DNA of 36,373 nucleotides, from contig JAHITC010000034.1 of NCBI GenBank assembly GCA_018817805.1, positions 1-36,373 of the forward strand, given 5' to 3'. The position numbers and the translations under genes were made by a program. Below the pieces are notes generated by a model. That model was given only the letters and a program-made list of their open reading frames with translations. It was not told where the DNA came from and searched no databases. Source of the DNA: Patescibacteria group bacterium. Its GTDB lineage: Bacteria > Patescibacteriota > Kazan-3B-28 > UBA10110. Positions 26,871-36,372 of this stretch are shown here, in pieces. Each line of letters opens with the position of its first letter. The first letter of the stretch is position 1.

Positions 26871-27989
26871 TTATACATTAAGAGGAAGTTTTTTGACCAA
26901 AGTTACTATCTCTTGGCGGAAGTGTTCTCTGCTAAACTGCAGAGCATGGCGATTTATTTCAGTAGCATTAAACTTGTGTTCGATTGTAATAAATTTACGT
27001 AAAGCCTCGGTTAAAGATTTGACTGTTTGCTCATCGAAGAACATGCCAGTTTTATTTGCCACAACCGTTTCTTGAAGCCCACCTTTATTAAAAGCTATTA
27101 CTGGTTTTCCAGCCGCCATGGCTTCGACTGGCACAATGCCAAAATCTTCTTCACCAGGAAAGATTAGAGCCCTAGCGTTTCTTAAATATTCAATTTTGTT
27201 TTTATCATCTTGCCACCCTAATAACTCTACAGTTGGTCCTGCAATGCTTTTTAGAAACTGCATTTGCTCCCCTTCTCCAATAATAACTAGGGGTAGATGC
27301 AGAATGTTGCAGGCCCGAACAGCTAAATCTATTTTCTTGTAGCTAGTTAATCTAGAGATAACTAAAAAATATCCAGCATTACTTTGTTTTGGTCTAATTA
27401 AATGCGTATCTACTGGTGGGTAAATTACTTCTGCTTCTTTGCGATAGTACTTTTTAATTCTTCTTTTTACGTATTGAGAGTTGGCAATATATTTTTGGAC
27501 TCTACCAGAAGAAAGTTTGTCCCAAATACGAAGTTTGAAAAGAATATTTTTAACAATGTTTTGCATAAATCTTGGTAGCCTCTGTTCTTCAACATAAGTA
27601 TGAAAGGAATCCCATAGATACCGGGTAGGAGAATGGCAGTAAGATAAATGATATGTATCAGGGTTAGTTATAATGCCACCAGCAAACGAATTGTTGCTAG
27701 AAATAACTAGATCGTAACCAGCAAAATCGAAACTCTCGATGGCTGCAGGCATAAAAGGTAATAAAAACTTAGTCGGAAGTTTTAAAAATTTGTACCAATA
27801 TTGCAAGTAAGAGACTACAATCTTCTTACGAGGAAAAAACTTAGCTACTTTTGGGTTATACAGCAGTGTATAAATTGATGCATCAGGAAAGATCTCTGAC
27901 AGAGCTAGTGTTACTCTTTCAGCCCCACCCATATTCACTAGAAAATCATGAACAATGGCAACCTTTAATTTGGTTAAAGACTTTTCCAT
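26871..27989 (-). CDS. Glycosyltransferase family 4
   Basis: VHDFL...GGAERV, YCHSPTRY, EDFGIVPVEAM. Confidence 0.92.
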   Translation of the reverse strand: MEKSLTKLKVAIVHDFLVNMGGAERVTLALSEIFPDASIYTLLYNPKVAKFFPRKKIVVSYLQYWYKFLKLPTKFLLPFMPAAIESFDFAGYDLVISSNNSFAGGIITNPDTYHLSYCHSPTRYLWDSFHTYVEEQRLPRFMQNIVKNILFKLRIWDKLSSGRVQKYIANSQYVKRRIKKYYRKEAEVIYPPVDTHLIRPKQSNAGYFLVISRLTSYKKIDLAVRACNILHLPLVIIGEGEQMQFLKSIAGPTVELLGWQDDKNKIEYLRNARALIFPGEEDFGIVPVEAMAAGKPVIAFNKGGLQETVVANKTGMFFDEQTVKSLTEALRKFITIEHKFNATEINRHALQFSREHFRQEIVTLVKKLPLNV

Positions 27990-29059
27990 ATCTCCATAAG
28001 TTTTTCTGCTGCTTTTTCCCAGCTAAAATCTTGCAGCCTAATTTGACCTTTTTCGATTAAAACCTGACGCAAATTCTCATTTTGATACAACTCTAGGTAA
28101 CCTCTAGCAATTTCCTCTACTTTATTAGGGTCTACCAGTAAGGCAGCTCCACCCGCAATTTCTGCCATAGCTCCAAAATTAGAGGTTAGAACAGGCACAT
28201 TGGAAGCGAATCCTTCTAGAATATTTAGACCGAAACCTTCGTACTGAGAAACAAAAATTACACCTAAAGATTTCTGATAGAGTGCTGGCAAATGATTGGC
28301 TTCGATATAGCCCAGGAAAACAACTTTGTCTTCGAGCTTTAGTTTTCTAACTAACCTTTTAATCAGAAGATAACCGTAACCACGAGAACCACAAAGTAGT
28401 AACTTAACTGATGCATTAGTGGTGTTAATGAATTGATGGAACGCCCTAATAATGTTTGGTAAGTTTTTTCTAAGCTCTATCCTGCCAACATAAATAAAAT
28501 ATTTATCTAGATTGGGATAATTCATCTCGAAATTAAATTCGCTAGCATGTAAATCTTTTCTAACACCTAGGTGCATTACTTCAATGTTTTCACCAGGCAC
28601 TTTAAAATAACTTTTAATATCTCTTTTGGTTTGCCTACTAATGGCAATTAGTTTGCTGGCAGATTTAATCGCTCGGTTTAAAGCAAAATATGATAACATT
28701 CTAGATTTTAGTGAATAACTTCTAGGGAATAAATGGAATGCTAAATCATGAATGGTGGCTACTGCTTTTTTAGGCAAGTTGTATGGTAAAAAATTTGATG
28801 GAGACCAAAATATTTCTGGGGGTCTTTTTTTGATTTCTCTACTTAGGGCCCACAATGTCCATAACTTTTTCGCTGGCACTATAACATTTTGAACATTTTC
28901 AAAATTCGTCCATTCAGGAGCGAGTGGCATAGGTGAATACAACCAATAGGTGTTGGCACGATCTTGCTCTAAGAGGGCACGAATTAGCTCTGCCGTAGAT
29001 ATCTCTACACCAGTTGGATTAATAGCATTTAGCTTAGAGGCATCGATACCGATAATCAT
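27974..29059 (-). CDS. Glycosyltransferase family 4 (mannosyltransferase-like)
   Basis: TIHDL, GRIELRKN, YEGFGLNILE. Confidence 0.92.
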   Translation of the reverse strand: MIIGIDASKLNAINPTGVEISTAELIRALLEQDRANTYWLYSPMPLAPEWTNFENVQNVIVPAKKLWTLWALSREIKKRPPEIFWSPSNFLPYNLPKKAVATIHDLAFHLFPRSYSLKSRMLSYFALNRAIKSASKLIAISRQTKRDIKSYFKVPGENIEVMHLGVRKDLHASEFNFEMNYPNLDKYFIYVGRIELRKNLPNIIRAFHQFINTTNASVKLLLCGSRGYGYLLIKRLVRKLKLEDKVVFLGYIEANHLPALYQKSLGVIFVSQYEGFGLNILEGFASNVPVLTSNFGAMAEIAGGAALLVDPNKVEEIARGYLELYQNENLRQVLIEKGQIRLQDFSWEKAAEKLMEIWKSL

Positions 29060-29062
29060 CGT

Positions 29063-30325
29063 TTAGTCGTTTGTTCTTGAAATATGTGCCCCCAATTTCC
29101 TTAGCTTATCATCAATTTGCTCATATCCCCGATCGATTATTTCCGCATGGTTAATAGTGCTCTGCCCATTAGCAGTTAGTGCAGCCAAAATTAAAGTAGC
29201 ACCAGCTCTAATATCTAAACTATCTATTTCCCTGCCGTAGAGCACTGATGGCCCCATAATGATAGCTCTGTGGGGGTCTAGGATTGTGGCTGCCGAACCC
29301 ATTTTAGCTAACTCTTTCAGATAATTAAGTCTGCCGTCGTACATAGTTTCAAAAACTCTACTATTTCCATTCGCTTGAGTCATTAGCACTGCAAAAGGTG
29401 CCTGCAGGTCGGTTGGGAACCCGGGATAGATATCCGTTCGGATGTCGACAGGTTTAATGATAGTACTTTTGGAAACATGTATTTTATTATTAGGTAAAAG
29501 CTGGAATTGAACATTGGCATCTCTGAGCTTGTTGGTAAAGATATTTAAATGATTTTCAACATATCCGTTAACAATAACATCACCGTGTGTAATAGCAGCA
29601 GCCATAACCAGAGTACCTGCTTCGATGCGATCAGGAATAATCTGTAAATGTGCGCCATGTAATTTATCTACTCCTTCAATAACCAAAACGTGCAACCCCA
29701 TGCCCCTAATTTTAGCCCCCATTAAATTAAGTGATTCGATTAGATTAGTAATTTCTGGTTCAGCAGCAGCCAAATGTATTTCAGTAATACCACGAGCCAG
29801 AACTGCCGCCATAATTACGTTTTCGGTAGCAGTTACACTCATTTCGTCTAATACTACCTTGGCACCGATTACAGCAGGGGCATCGATGGAATAGAACTGA
29901 TCTTCCATCGTCACTTTTGCACCTAATGCCGAAAGCGCCCTAAGGTGTACGTCGATTGGACGAGCTCCGATATGGCACCCTCCTGGATGAGTAACTTTTA
30001 CTCTACCGAAGCGAGCAAGCAAGGGGCCAGAGATTAATACCGATGCCCTAATTTTTCGAACTAAAGAAAAATCTGGATCCTTACCTGAAACATTACTATT
30101 GTCTACTACCAAATGTCCTTCTTTCGACCAAGAGATTTTACTGCCCAAGCTTTCTAAGATAGAGAGTAACGTCTGGATATCTTGAATATTTGGCACATTC
30201 TCGATAGTACATGTTTCGGCAGTTAGAAGAGTGGATGCTAAAATAGGCAGAGTAGCGTTTTTTGAGCCGCTGACTGTAACTTCCCCCCTCAGGGAGTGTC
30301 CTCCTTCGATAATAAATTTACTCAT
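29063..30325 (-). CDS. murA: UDP-N-acetylglucosamine 1-carboxyvinyltransferase
   Basis: SGSKNA, PGGCHIGARP (catalytic Cys), YPGFPTDLQ, DIRAG, IDRGYE. Confidence 0.97.
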   Translation of the reverse strand: MSKFIIEGGHSLRGEVTVSGSKNATLPILASTLLTAETCTIENVPNIQDIQTLLSILESLGSKISWSKEGHLVVDNSNVSGKDPDFSLVRKIRASVLISGPLLARFGRVKVTHPGGCHIGARPIDVHLRALSALGAKVTMEDQFYSIDAPAVIGAKVVLDEMSVTATENVIMAAVLARGITEIHLAAAEPEITNLIESLNLMGAKIRGMGLHVLVIEGVDKLHGAHLQIIPDRIEAGTLVMAAAITHGDVIVNGYVENHLNIFTNKLRDANVQFQLLPNNKIHVSKSTIIKPVDIRTDIYPGFPTDLQAPFAVLMTQANGNSRVFETMYDGRLNYLKELAKMGSAATILDPHRAIIMGPSVLYGREIDSLDIRAGATLILAALTANGQSTINHAEIIDRGYEQIDDKLRKLGAHISRTND

Positions 30326-30387
30326 AGTTATCCTTGCGATTTTTCTTCTACTGTCTTATATTTTAGCAATAAACTCTCGATTAGAAA

Positions 30388-31812
30388 ATGCGACGAAATT
30401 GGTGGATTATTATTAGCTACATCTTTGCAACCATTGTCTTTTTGATTGTGGCTAGCTATGCAGTGTTATTTGCTACTGGATATAAGTACGATTGGCAAAA
30501 TAAGAGTTTTAAAAAAACTGGATTTATTCTAATTGAAACTTATCCTAAAGATGCCACTGTCACTATTGCTGGTAAACACATTAATAAAAAAACACCGGTT
30601 ATTATTAGACGGTTATTGCCTGGCAATTATTTAACCGAGATTCGTAAAGAAGGCTATAGGCCATGGCAAGCAGTAATCGAAGTTGAATCTGGCTTGGTTA
30701 CTGAACAACGTAATCTACTGCTTACTTTAGACAAATTATCCGAAGAAAAACTACGAGAAAAGACAGTAGATAAAATGGTGATATCGCCAAACTATGAAAA
30801 ATTGGCATTAGTTTCTGGGAAAGAAGTAGCCATCTGGAATGTGGAAACAAAGCATGAAGTAAGTGTCTATGACCCAGCTTTAGTTAGACAACGGATTACC
30901 ACACAGGATAATTACGATGTGGCAAATGGCACAATTCAAACATTGTTATTTGGACCAGATAATAAAACTTTGTTGATGCAGGTTGTTGGCAGATTAAATG
31001 TTTACCATGTGCTGCTTAATTCTAATACTGGTCAGATAAAAGTTTTGACTAAAGGAAGAAATATCGGTAACTGGCAATGGCTTAATGGCAACGAATTAAT
31101 ATTTATGCAAGGTAGTTCGCTTTATCTAACTGGGTTTGAAGCGAAAGAAAATAAAAAAATTATCGACAGTGTTATTAGTTACGGGGTTGTTGATGGCTCT
31201 ATTTACGGCACAGTTAAAGATGAATTAGGCAAACATTCGTTGATTAGAATTGAAAAAAATCAGACAGCTAGAATAGAAATTGATGAAGTGGCAGTAGCTA
31301 TTCAATACCAAATTCATAAGATTAAAAATAACTGGGTGTTAGTTACTAAAAGTACATCAAAATCCCCTGCTAACATCTGGTGGTACGAGCCAAAAAACAA
31401 TGAAGATAGTTGGAATCAATTAGCCAGCAATATTACCTCTAAAGTTTTGTGGGATAATAGTTCAATTATTTATCAGGTTGGTAATAAAATAACTGCCACT
31501 AAAATTGATCTTAATAACAAGTTAGAAACCCGTGAAATTTTTACTGCAGGAAGCCAACTAGCCTTTGCCAGCTTCCACTTCGATACCCTCCTCTACAACC
31601 AAGCTGGGATATTGAAGAGTTTAGACTTAACTGGTGAAAATAACTACACATTGTTCTCTGTTAAAAACGCTACCGAAATAGTAGCGACCGATTCACAAAT
31701 GAGCCAAATTATTTACATTAATCCTACTACTCGAGAGCTTCATGCCGCCACTCTTCGAGAAAAAACTAAGAACACAATTAATCTCGATAGGCTAATTAAT
31801 CGACTTAATTAA
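30388..31812 (+). CDS. Membrane-anchored PEGA-domain protein with beta-propeller-like C-terminus
   Basis: N-terminal TM, A.GY..D, TG.I...TYP.DA, TP.....LPG.Y...I.KEGY..W (PEGA). Confidence 0.82.
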   Translation: MRRNWWIIISYIFATIVFLIVASYAVLFATGYKYDWQNKSFKKTGFILIETYPKDATVTIAGKHINKKTPVIIRRLLPGNYLTEIRKEGYRPWQAVIEVESGLVTEQRNLLLTLDKLSEEKLREKTVDKMVISPNYEKLALVSGKEVAIWNVETKHEVSVYDPALVRQRITTQDNYDVANGTIQTLLFGPDNKTLLMQVVGRLNVYHVLLNSNTGQIKVLTKGRNIGNWQWLNGNELIFMQGSSLYLTGFEAKENKKIIDSVISYGVVDGSIYGTVKDELGKHSLIRIEKNQTARIEIDEVAVAIQYQIHKIKNNWVLVTKSTSKSPANIWWYEPKNNEDSWNQLASNITSKVLWDNSSIIYQVGNKITATKIDLNNKLETREIFTAGSQLAFASFHFDTLLYNQAGILKSLDLTGENNYTLFSVKNATEIVATDSQMSQIIYINPTTRELHAATLREKTKNTINLDRLINRLN

Positions 31813-32576
31813 AGCGGAAGAATGTTCGGGATTTTGGGGATGTCGGAAAGTTCATATATTTTGCTCAAGCTAGTTGGTGGTGTTGAAACCAAATCTGCAT
31901 GTACGATTAATCGTTTTAGATTAGTACCAATCGGTACGCAAGTCATCAGCGACATGGTAGGAGAAAGAGTTTGATCCATTACTTCGATCTGAGTTGGTCT
32001 AACTACAATACTATCCGTAATCTTGTAAGTATATTCTCCACCTTTATAGTAGACGTAAATCAAATCGTTAGCTTTTAACTGTGGAAGCAATGCAAATATC
32101 TGATTATATTTACCATCACTCCACCAATAATATGAACTATGTCCAGTAATAAACATATTGCCAATTCTGCCTGGCATAGCCGTACCAGCCAGATGAGCTA
32201 CTCCGTTTTTAATAGCCTCCAGAATATCTGGATTTTTAGTGCTTTCCATAAAAATGATTGGCGCTTCGACATTAATCTTAGGAATAACTATGCGTGAATC
32301 ACTAGTAGAGATATTGGCTATATTGGTAGTGGTCTTAGGTACTACGTCGTTAACGGTGGTGGCAGGTAAAGCAGTGTTAACGGCAGATTCTGGAGAAGCA
32401 AAATAGCTTAACTTGGTGTAAATAACCGGCCACATGATAATAACTCCCGAAATTGCCAGAAAAAACGTAAAAATACCTAAAAATTTGGCCGATTCAACAA
32501 GAGAATATGCAAACCTGCCGCGCCGTTTGCGCGTATTGCTTCTAATTTTCACTACATGTGGATGTTCTTGATTCAT
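31809..32576 (-). CDS. Sortase
   Basis: TM anchor; I.IPKI, GHSS (His), LMTCVP (Cys), KR (Arg). Confidence 0.9.
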   Translation of the reverse strand: MNQEHPHVVKIRSNTRKRRGRFAYSLVESAKFLGIFTFFLAISGVIIMWPVIYTKLSYFASPESAVNTALPATTVNDVVPKTTTNIANISTSDSRIVIPKINVEAPIIFMESTKNPDILEAIKNGVAHLAGTAMPGRIGNMFITGHSSYYWWSDGKYNQIFALLPQLKANDLIYVYYKGGEYTYKITDSIVVRPTQIEVMDQTLSPTMSLMTCVPIGTNLKRLIVHADLVSTPPTSLSKIYELSDIPKIPNILPL

Positions 32577-32632
32577 TTACTTTAATTATACCATAATTAC
32601 TGGTATTTGTAAAGTATTAATGTATGTCCTTG

Positions 32633-33040
32633 CTAGTTGAAACCAGATCTTTGGACAAGTTCTGCCAACGTCATGGCTCCAACCTGCTTCTCACCGTCTG
32701 GAAACTCCCATGTAGGATAAGCAGTTATTTTAGCTGCCAGACAAACCTCTGCTTGCCCCCCAGTTGGTGTACTACACTCTATGTAATCGATATACTGCCA
32801 GCTTCCACCGAATAACTCCTTCTGGTACGCACAAGCGCTGCATGTGTCTGCCCCATAGACCTTGGCGCCAATCTGGGTAAGATATCTTGCTAAATCATCC
32901 TTATTAATGCCTTCTGCGCTAATTACATCATCTTTTACTGCTGAGTTGTCTGCAGTGTTGGTTGCTGGTAAAAACTTAGCTCCTATTAATACCGCCACTA
33001 TAACTACACCAATAATTATTCCTGATCTCCAATTTTGCAT
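32633..33040 (-). CDS. Membrane-anchored thioredoxin-like protein (VKOR-associated type)
   Basis: YGADTCSAC..QKELFG, YIEC, C....I.AYPTW. Confidence 0.85.
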   Translation of the reverse strand: MQNWRSGIIIGVVIVAVLIGAKFLPATNTADNSAVKDDVISAEGINKDDLARYLTQIGAKVYGADTCSACAYQKELFGGSWQYIDYIECSTPTGGQAEVCLAAKITAYPTWEFPDGEKQVGAMTLAELVQRSGFN

Positions 33041-33136
33041 AATAATGATAATAATTTTATATACTTCTATTCTACTCTACCAGATATTCATTTTTTCTAG
33101 GTAATAAAAAGCGAGGAGCGAGAACTTCGTTCCGAT

Positions 33137-33223
33137 TGGTGGCTCGGGTGGGAATCGAACCCACACACCCTTGCGGATACACGATTTTGAGTCGTGCGCG
33201 TATACCAGTTCCGCCACCGAGCC
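33137..33223 (-). tRNA. trnL: tRNA-Leu (anticodon CAA)
   Basis: Acceptor stem GGCTCGG/CCGAGCC, anticodon arm CACGA-ctCAAaa-TCGTG, long variable arm, encoded CCA. Confidence 0.97.
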
Positions 33224-33315
33224 CCGTTAAAAAATACTTCTGTTTATTTGTTCAATTGAATTATAACAAAAGTCATCTTCAGTTTGTAAGTTAACGGACA
33301 ATACTAATAAGATAC

Positions 33316-33335
33316 GCCGCCTCATATGAGGCGGC
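33316..33335. repeat. 20-bp perfect palindrome downstream of glyA
   Basis: GCCGCCTCATATGAGGCGGC. Confidence 0.8.
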
Positions 33336-33365
33336 TCGGCTCGAATGACTTTCTTTGCTAAAGAT

Positions 33366-34577
33366 TTATTTTGGAACGGGGAATTTTCGGCAGAGCTTTT
33401 TCACAATTTTAGCAGCTTCGAGCAAAACTGTTTTGTTTTGAGGATTCTTTAACACGCCAGCAATAATTTCAGCTAATATCTTTATTTCTGGTTCTTTCAT
33501 GCCTCGAGTAGTAATAGCAGGAGTACCGAGCCGAATACCAGAAGGGTCAAGGGGAGACCTAACGTCACCAGGAATCATGTTTTTATTTACAATAATACCA
33601 ACCTGCTCCAAAGTTGCCTCAGCTTCTTTGCCGGTGATGCTTAAGTTGGATAGATCGACTAGCAACAGATGGTTGTCAGTTCCCCCACCGCAGACTTTTA
33701 ACCCAGATTTTTGCAATTCGCTAGCTAAAGTTTTTGCATTTTTAACAACTTGTTTGGCATACTTCTTAAAACTAGTAGTTTGGGCGTCTTGCAGGCAGAT
33801 TGCTTTTCCAGCAATAGTGTTTATATGCGGACCACCTTGAATACCAGGAAATACTGCTTTATCTATTTTTTCTGCTAATTCTTTCTTGCATAAAATAATG
33901 GCACCTCTTGGCCCACGCAAGGTTTTATGTGTAGTAGTCATAACTACATCAGCATATTTTACAGGACTTGGATGCTCCCCTGCAGCCACCAAACCAGCAA
34001 TGTGAGAAATATCTGCTAATAAATATGCACCCGTGGCTCTTGCTATTTTAGAAAACTCCTGGAAATTTATAGTACGCGAATAAGCAGTGGCCCCACAGAC
34101 GATAAGCTTGGGCTTGAAAATACGAGCCATTTTTCTAATTTCGGCATAATCTAAAAGCCCTGTTTCGCTATTTACTCCATAATGCACGAATTTATATGCC
34201 TTACTCGAGAAACTAACTTTGTGTCCATGCGAAAGATGGCCACCATGAGCCAGCCCCATAGCCAAAACTGTGTCGCCCAAATTTAACAAAGCATTGTAAA
34301 CAGCTAGATTGGCTGGTGTGCCAGAATATGACTGTACGTTAGCATGCTCAGCTCCGAAAAGCTCTTTGGCTGCCTTAATCGCTTCTTGCTCAATTTTATC
34401 CACCACTTCATTGCCACCATAGTATCTTTTATTTGGATATCCTTCAGCGTATTTATTCATCAAAACTGATCCAACCACTTCCCTAATTTCTTTGGAAGCA
34501 TAATTCTCAGAGGCGATTAAACTAAGTGTGTCTTGCTCTCGGATTGCTTCTAATTTAACTAATTTTTTAATTTCCAT
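33366..34577 (-). CDS. glyA: Serine hydroxymethyltransferase
   Basis: LIASEN, NKYAEGYP.KRYYGG, GGHLSHG, TTTHKTLRGPRG. Confidence 0.97.
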   Translation of the reverse strand: MEIKKLVKLEAIREQDTLSLIASENYASKEIREVVGSVLMNKYAEGYPNKRYYGGNEVVDKIEQEAIKAAKELFGAEHANVQSYSGTPANLAVYNALLNLGDTVLAMGLAHGGHLSHGHKVSFSSKAYKFVHYGVNSETGLLDYAEIRKMARIFKPKLIVCGATAYSRTINFQEFSKIARATGAYLLADISHIAGLVAAGEHPSPVKYADVVMTTTHKTLRGPRGAIILCKKELAEKIDKAVFPGIQGGPHINTIAGKAICLQDAQTTSFKKYAKQVVKNAKTLASELQKSGLKVCGGGTDNHLLLVDLSNLSITGKEAEATLEQVGIIVNKNMIPGDVRSPLDPSGIRLGTPAITTRGMKEPEIKILAEIIAGVLKNPQNKTVLLEAAKIVKKLCRKFPVPK

Positions 34578-34680
34578 AAGTTTATTGTCGGGGTTTAGCT
34601 AGTTATTGTCCAGCAGTGAATCCTCTTAAAAATATCTTTATTGGCTTGTAAATTAACCAGTAAGGAGTTAAATATAGGTT

Positions 34681-35928
34681 ATGTATAGATATGCGTTTCT
34701 GTTGGGAGCACACCCAACCATCAGTTTAGCGGAGATTTTAAACTACCTCACTAACCAAAAGATTAAGTTTGAGGAATATCTTTGGCTACAAGATATTTTA
34801 ATAATTAAAATCCAGCAGCTCCCAGAAGAAATAGCTAAACTACAAAATGAGCTAGGTGGCATAATCAAAATATTTTTAATTAAAGAAGAGTTTAAAGGCA
34901 AGATTTTTCAACTAGAAGATAAACTTACTCCCGAAAAACTATTAACTGACTTCTTTGCTCAAAACGAAACCAAAATTAACTTTGGCCTTAGCATCTACGC
35001 TAATCCCGATCCTAGTTATGCCGAACTTAATTGGTTAAGCAACTATGCTCATAATATTAAACAGTTATTAAAAGATAAATATAGCATTCGGTATGTCGAA
35101 GATAAAAGTTGGAATTTAAGTAGTGTGCAAGTTAATCGCAATCGTTTAATTGATACTGGTGCAGAAATTGCTCTTATCCGTGATAAAGATCATTTTTATA
35201 TTGGCAAAACTTTAACCGTGCAAGATTATGCCTCTTATTCGGAGCGTGATTTCGACAAACCATCTCCCGATGCAAAATCTGGCATGTTGCCTCCGAAGTT
35301 AGCCCAGATGATGCTAAACATTACTAGAAACAAAAAAACAAAGGTTTTATACGATCCTTTCTGTGGCAGCGGGTCTGTACTACAGGAGGCATTACTTTTG
35401 GGCTTAGATGTGTATGGATCAGATATTTCGCCAGAGGCAATAAAAAACACTCTGAGCAATCTGGAGTGGTTTATTAAGCTAAAAAAGTTTCCACAGGTAG
35501 ACCTTAAAACTCACATCAAGGACGCTGACGCTACTACCGTAAACTGGAGCACGTTAAACAAACCAGAAGTTGTAATAGTAACAGAGCCGTATTTAGGTCC
35601 ACCCTTAAAATCTCTTCCCTTCCCCCACCAAGTTAAAGACACTTTAGAAGAACTATCTAGTTTGTATGTTAAATTTTTTAAAAATCTAAATAAAAACTTT
35701 GACGCCGTACAAACAATTGGCATTGTTTTCCCAGTAATGAAAACTAGAGAAGGTCTAAGATATTTAGATATTCTAGAGGAAATAGCTAGTCTAGGCTACA
35801 AGCCAAAAATTATTTTGTCTGATGAGATCTCTAAAAAAGATGCAGGCATAAGCCCTCGTAATGGTTTTCTGTATTCTCGTCCTGATCAGTACGTCCTCCG
35901 AGAAATATTCGTTTTCGAAAGAAAATGA
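34681..35928 (+). CDS. TRM11/UPF0020-like SAM-dependent RNA methyltransferase
   Basis: RD..KP.....GMLPPKLA, DPFCGSG, GSDI, TEPYLG. Confidence 0.85.
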   Translation: MYRYAFLLGAHPTISLAEILNYLTNQKIKFEEYLWLQDILIIKIQQLPEEIAKLQNELGGIIKIFLIKEEFKGKIFQLEDKLTPEKLLTDFFAQNETKINFGLSIYANPDPSYAELNWLSNYAHNIKQLLKDKYSIRYVEDKSWNLSSVQVNRNRLIDTGAEIALIRDKDHFYIGKTLTVQDYASYSERDFDKPSPDAKSGMLPPKLAQMMLNITRNKKTKVLYDPFCGSGSVLQEALLLGLDVYGSDISPEAIKNTLSNLEWFIKLKKFPQVDLKTHIKDADATTVNWSTLNKPEVVIVTEPYLGPPLKSLPFPHQVKDTLEELSSLYVKFFKNLNKNFDAVQTIGIVFPVMKTREGLRYLDILEEIASLGYKPKIILSDEISKKDAGISPRNGFLYSRPDQYVLREIFVFERK

Positions 35929-36105
35929 CATCCTCCCCGCACTCCATTACATTACGTACGGGGCTTCCTCCGTGCTCCGCTATTCGCTCATTTAACATTC
36001 GCGCAACCAGCAAAGCCTAGTAGCTTTGCTCCTTCATCCCCGTATTTCGGCGGCTACAGAAACTTTGAATGACGCACGCCTCCGTGCGGGGTTTCCTGTA
36101 TGGAT
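35925..36105 (-). mobile_element. Non-autonomous IS200/IS605-like miniature element (left and right end hairpins, no tnpA/tnpB)
   Basis: Minus strand GAAACCCCGCAC...TACGGGGATGAA and GAAGCCCCGTAC...GTGCGGGGAGGATGTCA; boundaries approximate. Confidence 0.55.
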
Positions 36106-36107
36106 GT

Positions 36108-36129
36108 AAAAAGCCCGCTTACGCGGGCT
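36108..36129 (-). terminator. Intrinsic terminator after the RT-like gene
   Basis: AGCCCGC-gtaa-GCGGGCT followed by TTTT. Confidence 0.8.
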
Positions 36130-36150
36130 GGCGGGTATCCCAAAGAATCC

Positions 36151-36372
36151 TTACCAAATATCAACTAAGAAGGCCTTGCTACCATTTATTTGGGAATCAG
36201 TAGTATATCCCATGACGCTTTCTAATTCAGATTGAATACAATATGAGTTAGCATGCTGAAGATATCCAAGATACGAAGGCATGACTTTGGCTAATTCGTT
36301 GTAATCTCCTGCATCGAGAAACTTACCAATCTTTTTCATGATCCTTTTAACTGTCTTTTTTCTAGGTAAACT
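36151..36372 (-). CDS. C-terminal fragment of a probable reverse transcriptase (DGR-like thumb), truncated by the window edge
   Basis: Frame open to the edge: SLPRKKTVKRIMKKI...SYLGYLQHANSY; the catalytic YxDD would lie outside the window. Confidence 0.6.
   Translation of the reverse strand, partial: SLPRKKTVKRIMKKIGKFLDAGDYNELAKVMPSYLGYLQHANSYCIQSELESVMGYTTDSQINGSKAFLVDIW

Noticed and set aside
34578-34680. Riboswitch (ZTP/THF/glycine) upstream of glyA
   Set aside because: Short AT-rich divergent promoter region with no recognisable aptamer
26-36013. Numerous short overlapping or antisense ORFs in the track (e.g. 26-580, 5657-6016, 11162-11653, 33499-33840, 35831-36013)
   Set aside because: Shadows of well-supported genes or of the palindromic element, with no independent signals
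35929-36150. DGR template repeat or retron msr-msd downstream of the RT-like gene
   Set aside because: Not AAC-rich, no matching variable repeat seen in the window, lies beyond the RT terminator and fits IS200/IS605 ends better
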